This document shows positions 58,899-64,000 of a stretch of DNA of 64,000 nucleotides, one piece after another (position 1 is the stretch's first letter; every line of letters starts with the position of its first letter). This DNA comes from an uncultured Gammaproteobacteria bacterium (GTDB lineage Bacteria; Pseudomonadota; Gammaproteobacteria; Magnimaribacterales; D2472): contig CAZTGS010000002.1 of NCBI GenBank assembly GCA_964613455.1, positions 14,425 through 78,424 of the forward strand, read 5' to 3'. Both the position numbers and the translations under genes were made by a program. The notes below the pieces were generated by a model. That model saw only the letters and a program-made list of their open reading frames with translations, made no database searches and was not told where the DNA came from.

Positions 58899-60128
58899 TT
58901 AACCTTTTCTATTTCGTGTCCTTTTTCTATAACCACCTTGATTATTAAATTTCTTTTTTGATTTTGGCGGATTGTCTTTAGAAGGCACGACATCAACTGG
59001 CTCAAATCCAGCAATTTCAACTCGTTCTAGTTTTTGATTAAGAAGTTTTTCAATATCGAGTAATATTCGATACTCATCGATGCTCACTAAAGTTATAGCT
59101 TTCCCCTTATCACCGGCTCGTCCTGTTCTTCCTATTCTATGAACGTAATCTTTAGCGACAGTTGGGACATCAAAATTTATTACCTGCGACATCTTTTTAA
59201 TGTCGATACCTCGTGCAGCTACATCTGTTGCCACAAGAATTCTAATTTTGTTATTTTTAAAAGCTTCAAGAGCCTTCATTCTATTATTCTGAGTCTTATT
59301 ACCATGAATAGCCTGAGATTTTATACCAACTTTGTCTAACTGTTTTTGAAGACGATCTGCCCCATGCTTTGTTCTTGTAAAGACTAATGCTTGAGACCAA
59401 TTTTCAGTTTCAATTAATTCAATTAAAAGCTCAGCCTTTCTTGATTTATCTACAGGGTGAACATAATGCTCAATGTTTGCACCGGTTTCATTATCTGTTG
59501 TAACCGATATCTCAATTGCTTTCTCAGCAACTTCTTTTGCTAGAGCTCTAAAGGAGTTTGAGAATGTAGCTGTAAACATGAGATTTTGTCTTCTTTCTGG
59601 AAGCAGTTTCATTATTTTTTTAATATCATGAATAAACCCCATATCAAGCATTTGATCTGCTTCATCTAGAACAAATATTTCAATATTTTTAAAATTAACC
59701 GACTTTTGATTATATAAGTCTAATAGTCTTCCGGGAGTAGCGACAAGAACATCTACACCTTTTCTTAGTTTAAGCTGTTGATTATGTATTCTAGCGCCTC
59801 CATAGACCGCCGTAGAGCGAATGCTAAGGTATTTGCTATAAGTATTAACACTTTCTCTTACTTGGGCAGCTAACTCACGTGTAGGCGTAAGAATCAGTGC
59901 TCTTAATTGATGTCCTTTGTATGCATTCTTTGGATCTGAAAGCTTACTCAATATAGGTAAAACAAATCCAGCTGTTTTACCGGTGCCAGTTTGAGCTGCA
60001 GCCATTACATCGCTATTATTTAATATAGTAGGTATTACCTCAGCCTGAATTGGTGTTGGTTTTTCGTATTTTTGGTCTTCTAGCGCTCTTAATATTGAGT
60101 CTGATAGATCCAGATCAGTAAATTTCAT
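58899..60128 (-). CDS. rhlE: DEAD-box ATP-dependent RNA helicase (RhlE-like)
   Basis: 409 aa with the Q-motif, AQTGTGKT, DEAD, SAT and HRIGRTGRAG motifs and a basic tail. Confidence 0.9.
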   Translation of the reverse strand: MKFTDLDLSDSILRALEDQKYEKPTPIQAEVIPTILNNSDVMAAAQTGTGKTAGFVLPILSKLSDPKNAYKGHQLRALILTPTRELAAQVRESVNTYSKYLSIRSTAVYGGARIHNQQLKLRKGVDVLVATPGRLLDLYNQKSVNFKNIEIFVLDEADQMLDMGFIHDIKKIMKLLPERRQNLMFTATFSNSFRALAKEVAEKAIEISVTTDNETGANIEHYVHPVDKSRKAELLIELIETENWSQALVFTRTKHGADRLQKQLDKVGIKSQAIHGNKTQNNRMKALEAFKNNKIRILVATDVAARGIDIKKMSQVINFDVPTVAKDYVHRIGRTGRAGDKGKAITLVSIDEYRILLDIEKLLNQKLERVEIAGFEPVDVVPSKDNPPKSKKKFNNQGGYRKRTRNRKG

Positions 60129-60193
60129 TTATTCCTTTGTTCTATGTTCGAGGAGGTTACAGACAAGAACATAATCGGTCAATGATTAAAGAA

Positions 60194-61111
60194 TTAATCT
60201 ATAACCATCAGGTCAGTAGCCAAAATAATATCACCAGAAAAATTAGCTTTGACATCGTCAATAACTGACTCATCGGATGCGCCCCAAAACAATATGTGAG
60301 ATAAAACTAATTTTGAGGGTTGAATTTTTTCAGCAAGCAATCCTAAATCAATAGAGGATGTGTGATGTGCTTCGTGATAAATTTTCCAATCATCTGTTTT
60401 AGTTTTGAAGCCTTCTGATGAAAAAACCTCATGAACCAAAATATCAACTTTATTAGCATAAGAAATTAGATTGGTACTAACTGCTGTATCTCCAGAAAAT
60501 AGGATTCTTTTATCTTTAGATACAAACAAATAGCCAAACGAGTTTTTTAATCCACCATGATTATTATAAAAAGCAGTAACTTCGATATTAGTATCCTTAA
60601 ATACAATCCCCTCTGAAATTTCTTCAACAATAGTTTTGTATCCAAACTCATTTGCAGGTTGTGATCCGTTTAATCGATAATCAATATCAAGCTTATAAGC
60701 ATTAGTGATGTTTGAAGCCATATCCTTTAATCCTTTAGGTCCAAATAGATATAGCGGCGAATCTCTGCCTAAAACCCAAGGGCTTAATATTAAATCAGAT
60801 AGACCACCTGAGTGGTCAGAATGAATATGAGTTAAAAATGCATGTTTAATATTTTCAAGTTCTAACTGAGGGAAGTCCCCTCCCCAAGTTGGTGACATGG
60901 CAGAAATCCTTCTAACTACTCCAGGACCAAAATCTATTATGTATGCACTATCATTAACCACCACTGCATAAGCAGATCCATATCTATCTGGGTTAGGATT
61001 AGGAGTACCTGAGCCAAGAACAATTAATTTTGTATCAGCAAAAGTATTAAAAGAGAATCCAATTAAAAAAATTAAGTAAAAAATTTTAAACATATTAATC
61101 CGTGTATTCAT
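60194..61111 (-). CDS. secreted MBL-fold metallo-hydrolase
   Basis: It has a signal peptide (FKIFYLIFLIGFSFNTFA), HIHSDHSGG (HxHxDH) and a later SHILF His. The start was chosen at ATG 61111 or 61093; the ORF-track start at 61189 is TTG inside the upstream gene. Confidence 0.8.
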   Translation of the reverse strand: MNTRINMFKIFYLIFLIGFSFNTFADTKLIVLGSGTPNPNPDRYGSAYAVVVNDSAYIIDFGPGVVRRISAMSPTWGGDFPQLELENIKHAFLTHIHSDHSGGLSDLILSPWVLGRDSPLYLFGPKGLKDMASNITNAYKLDIDYRLNGSQPANEFGYKTIVEEISEGIVFKDTNIEVTAFYNNHGGLKNSFGYLFVSKDKRILFSGDTAVSTNLISYANKVDILVHEVFSSEGFKTKTDDWKIYHEAHHTSSIDLGLLAEKIQPSKLVLSHILFWGASDESVIDDVKANFSGDIILATDLMVID

Positions 61112-61128
61112 TAAATTTCTTAAGGTGA

Positions 61129-62091
61129 CTATTGAATAATACCAATTAGCCTGTCTATAAACCAATAAAAACCCATTCCTCCAATACAAACACTAGCAAA
61201 TAGCCTTACCTCATCTAGGTAGTGTTTTTTTTCAAAAAAATAAATTAAAAATAATGGGATTGGGATTAACAATATTTGTCCAAATTCAATACCAATATTA
61301 AAGAATGCTAGTGATAATAATATCTGATCATTGCTAATACCTATATCGGATAAGGCTCCAGCAAAACCTAGACCATGTAGTAAACCAAATACAAAAGCCA
61401 TTAACCATGGTGTTTTTGAATATTTTTTAGATTCAATGATTTCAATTGCTAAATAGATAATTGTTAGAGCAATTAAAACTTCAATAGCTTGTTGAGAAAA
61501 TGAAATAAAACCAAGAACCGACAAGCCCAGAGTTATACTATGTGCAATGGTAAAAGCAGTAATTGTTTTAATTACATTAATGAAGCCTGTAATAAGAAAA
61601 AGAAGCCCTAATATAAATAAAATATGATCGGCGCCGTTTAACAAATGATTAAAACCAAGAGTAAGGTAAGCTGTTGGATATGCCTGCGAAGTAATTGGGA
61701 TATAAATACTAGAATTTTGTAGATTCATTAATCCTTCGAAAGTTTCATTGTTATCAAAATGAATAGTAACTAAAGCATCAGTTAAAACACTTAAATTGAT
61801 AACTTCAATTGAGTTTCCTTTTAATGACGATGAACAATCTAATGATATTTTTTCGACAAGATATCTGCCTTGAATATAAGGATCTTTAGATGCTCTGGAG
61901 CAACTTTCTGGAAATACGATCTCGGCCCTTTGACCAATATTCTTAAATGGATACATCCAAGAAACTTCATAAACACTTTCATTCGCAGATTTCTGATCTA
62001 TTACTAAATGTGCAGGATTAAATTCATGAGATTCTATATTTATAGAAAAAAATAACACCAATGACAAAATAAAAAAAACAAGTCTTCTCAT
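61129..62091 (-). CDS. HupE/UreJ-family membrane protein with an N-terminal periplasmic domain
   Basis: 320 aa. It has a signal peptide, a soluble domain of about 140 aa, then a polytopic domain with LGFNHLLNGADHILFILGLL and LLHGLGFAG blocks. Confidence 0.8.
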   Translation of the reverse strand: MRRLVFFILSLVLFFSINIESHEFNPAHLVIDQKSANESVYEVSWMYPFKNIGQRAEIVFPESCSRASKDPYIQGRYLVEKISLDCSSSLKGNSIEVINLSVLTDALVTIHFDNNETFEGLMNLQNSSIYIPITSQAYPTAYLTLGFNHLLNGADHILFILGLLFLITGFINVIKTITAFTIAHSITLGLSVLGFISFSQQAIEVLIALTIIYLAIEIIESKKYSKTPWLMAFVFGLLHGLGFAGALSDIGISNDQILLSLAFFNIGIEFGQILLIPIPLFLIYFFEKKHYLDEVRLFASVCIGGMGFYWFIDRLIGIIQ

Positions 62092-62889
62092 CTAAAATTT
62101 TAAGTTTGGATTAATGATAACCGTATATTCAGATTTAACTTTGCTAATAAATTCATCAACAGCCGCCTCCTTGCTCCTTGAGATTAAATCTATCTCTACT
62201 TGATCAAGGCTATCAACAAGCTCTATATAGAAACCAGGTTTATAGTCTTTAACCATAATAATGTGATAGCCAAAAGATGACTCAAAAGGGCCATGCCATT
62301 TATCTAAAGAGATATTATCAAAATTAATACTAAAATTATTACCAAAATTACGCTCAATTTCGTTTATATCTGTATTCGTAAAATTTTTTCCCCAAAAAAA
62401 TAAATCAGATTCAACGTCTAGATTATTAAGAATTTTCTTATACGCACTCTCTGCTCTAACCTCTGGATTATTTTCATCTGAAAAATAAAGATGAGTAAAG
62501 CTATATGTTGGCTGCACATAATAGTTTTCTTTATTAGCCTCATAAAATTCAAAAAGTTCGTCATTGCTAGGTCTCTCTGGCAAAGACTCTTGTTTTAAAA
62601 AAGTGATTTTTTGAGCTAGTCTTCTTTTAATAATTCTATCTTCTCTATCCAAGCCAAGATCGAGTGCTTCTCTATAAAGAACCTCTTCTTCAATTAGATT
62701 ATTAATGATTCTAGTAACCTCATCAGAGGTCGGCTTCCTTCCAACCTGTGACTCCCATGCAGATATAAGACTGGTTATCTCTTCATCTGATATATAGATA
62801 TCTTTTGTATTATTCGAAGAATTTAACCCTATATCAATAAGATATATTAATAAACCAATGGCAAAAAAAGTAGATATTCTATATTTCAC
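62092..62889 (-). CDS. membrane-anchored parvulin-like peptidyl-prolyl isomerase domain protein
   Basis: 265 aa. It has an N-terminal TM helix, a SurA/PpiD-like helical region and a WHGPFESSFGYHIIMV rotamase-type block. Confidence 0.7.
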   Translation of the reverse strand: MKYRISTFFAIGLLIYLIDIGLNSSNNTKDIYISDEEITSLISAWESQVGRKPTSDEVTRIINNLIEEEVLYREALDLGLDREDRIIKRRLAQKITFLKQESLPERPSNDELFEFYEANKENYYVQPTYSFTHLYFSDENNPEVRAESAYKKILNNLDVESDLFFWGKNFTNTDINEIERNFGNNFSINFDNISLDKWHGPFESSFGYHIIMVKDYKPGFYIELVDSLDQVEIDLISRSKEAAVDEFISKVKSEYTVIINPNLKF

Positions 62890-62910
62890 GTGAACAACCA
62901 GAAATAAATT

Positions 62911-64000
62911 TTAATCTACGCTATTTCGTAAAGAAATAGTTCCACCTAAAGGTATTACCTCTACATCGCTTTGTTTCGGAACATACCATATAGGAGATGA
63001 CCATGCTCTTTCTTGGATTGTCTCATGCAAATCTTCACGCGGTTCGAAACCTCTTTTAATGGCATCCCAAGTACTCCATCTACACGTTGGGTTTTCAAGA
63101 ACACGAACGTAATAAAAAGCTTTAACATTCGGATCAAAATCAGGATCATTCCAAGTTGTCTTTAGTTCACTTGAGCCAATGTTTTGAGATATTGAACAAT
63201 CAGATATATTTACCCTTGCTCCGTTATCTGGACATCTATTAGTAATAGGGTCTATTTCCATCCCCTCTGAACATGCAACATCAAATACTTGCTCTAAGGG
63301 ATTTCCACTATTCATATCAATCCATCCCTTAATAATTTGAACTCTTTGCAAAGGAGCACCGTTTTTATCTCTTTGTGCCCAGACAATAAAGTCTGGAGCT
63401 TTGCCATCATCATGCAATAAGTCAGCTCCCATCGTTACACCTTTTGCGTATGCTTCACTGACCAATGAATCAGAATTAAGGTCAATTGATGATATGTCAT
63501 ATCCAGCAAAAAAACGGACAGCAATTCTGCTTCCTGTTGTAGCAAATGTTTCTTTTCTTTTAAAAGCATTAAAAATCGATTCTCTAGTATTTTCTTCAGC
63601 CCATACAACTGCTAAACCTGAAGCTCCCCATTGAGTAAAACCTGTATTTGCATATTCTCCTTGTTCTAAAGTTACTGTACTAATAGGTTGATTGAAAGCA
63701 GCCATGTATTCATCCATCCTTTTAACATTTTTAGGAGTAAGAGGAATAGATCCTCTATTTTCCTCATTTCCATCAAGAAGACCTACCTTTGACCAATAAT
63801 TTGACTCATCGAATGACCCGCCACCAGTATGAGTATCACTTGATCCAATTAAGCCAAATTTATATGGATTACCCTGGTTGCTAAAATCAAGTGTAAGTCC
63901 ATTTAAATAAGCCTCTCTAACATACCCACCCGAAGGCTTGCTGTATGTAGGAGGCCTACTTCCAACCCTTTTATCCATAATTTCAAAGTCTGCCCACTCA
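62911..64000 (-). CDS. DUF3604-family protein (C-terminal part; the frame stays open to the window end)
   Basis: The C-terminal ...TIQERAWSSPIWY block is what I recall of DUF3604. The frame continues upstream of the listed Met (..EWADFEIMDKR) to position 64000, so the gene is truncated by the window. Confidence 0.7.
   Translation of the reverse strand, partial: EWADFEIMDKRVGSRPPTYSKPSGGYVREAYLNGLTLDFSNQGNPYKFGLIGSSDTHTGGGSFDESNYWSKVGLLDGNEENRGSIPLTPKNVKRMDEYMAAFNQPISTVTLEQGEYANTGFTQWGASGLAVVWAEENTRESIFNAFKRKETFATTGSRIAVRFFAGYDISSIDLNSDSLVSEAYAKGVTMGADLLHDDGKAPDFIVWAQRDKNGAPLQRVQIIKGWIDMNSGNPLEQVFDVACSEGMEIDPITNRCPDNGARVNISDCSISQNIGSSELKTTWNDPDFDPNVKAFYYVRVLENPTCRWSTWDAIKRGFEPREDLHETIQERAWSSPIWYVPKQSDVEVIPLGGTISLRNSVD

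Noticed and set aside
1-64000. I scanned for CRISPR arrays, IS elements and transposases, prophage genes, toxin-antitoxin pairs of normal size, and known defence-system genes.
   Set aside because: I found no spaced direct-repeat array and no transposase, integrase, nuclease-helicase or methylase-type ORF. Apart from the items reported, every ORF of 60 aa or more is either a recognisable housekeeping gene or an antisense artefact.

Overview
This is an AT-rich, very gene-dense chromosomal segment from a streamlined Gammaproteobacterium. Most intergenic gaps are under 100 nt, and many neighbouring genes overlap by 1-26 nt. Gene order follows the Pseudomonadales/Oceanospirillales-type core: clpA-clpS-icd; mnmA-purB-aceA; nqrM-apbE-nqrFEDCBA-gap...mfd; holB-tmk-mltG-acpP-fabG-fabD-rpmF-rluC divergent from rne; mrp divergent from metG. 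Several genes usually found in these clusters are missing. Na+-NQR, NhaB, a Na+:alanine symporter and a GH16 laminarinase-like lipoprotein suggest a marine planktonic lineage; SAR86-like is only a guess from composition and content.

I can support about 70 protein genes and one tRNA-Arg(ACG). I found no rRNA, CRISPR array, IS element, transposase, integrase, phage gene or recognisable defence gene. The window is overwhelmingly housekeeping, and I do not see a convincing large novel system.

The observations most worth a second look:
1. A 584-nt gap (57069-57652) holds five unannotated single-helix micro-ORFs. Three abut in one frame, and the middle one has an in-frame TAG.
2. The his operon carries a HisD-IGPD fusion gene and no hisC. 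It has no His-rich leader peptide, and a YerC/TrpR-like regulator sits directly upstream.
3. A tight envelope operon encodes DUF3604, a parvulin-like protein, HupE/UreJ and a secreted MBL hydrolase.
4. Two adjacent acyl-CoA dehydrogenase genes pair a canonical copy with a degenerate one.
5. The Mrp/ApbC homologue has lost its CxxC motif.
6. An orphan CofE-like ligase has no other F420 genes nearby.
7. The Na+:alanine symporter carries an insertion of about 125 aa with an internal repeat.

All functional calls rest on by-eye motif and homology recognition. No searches were run.
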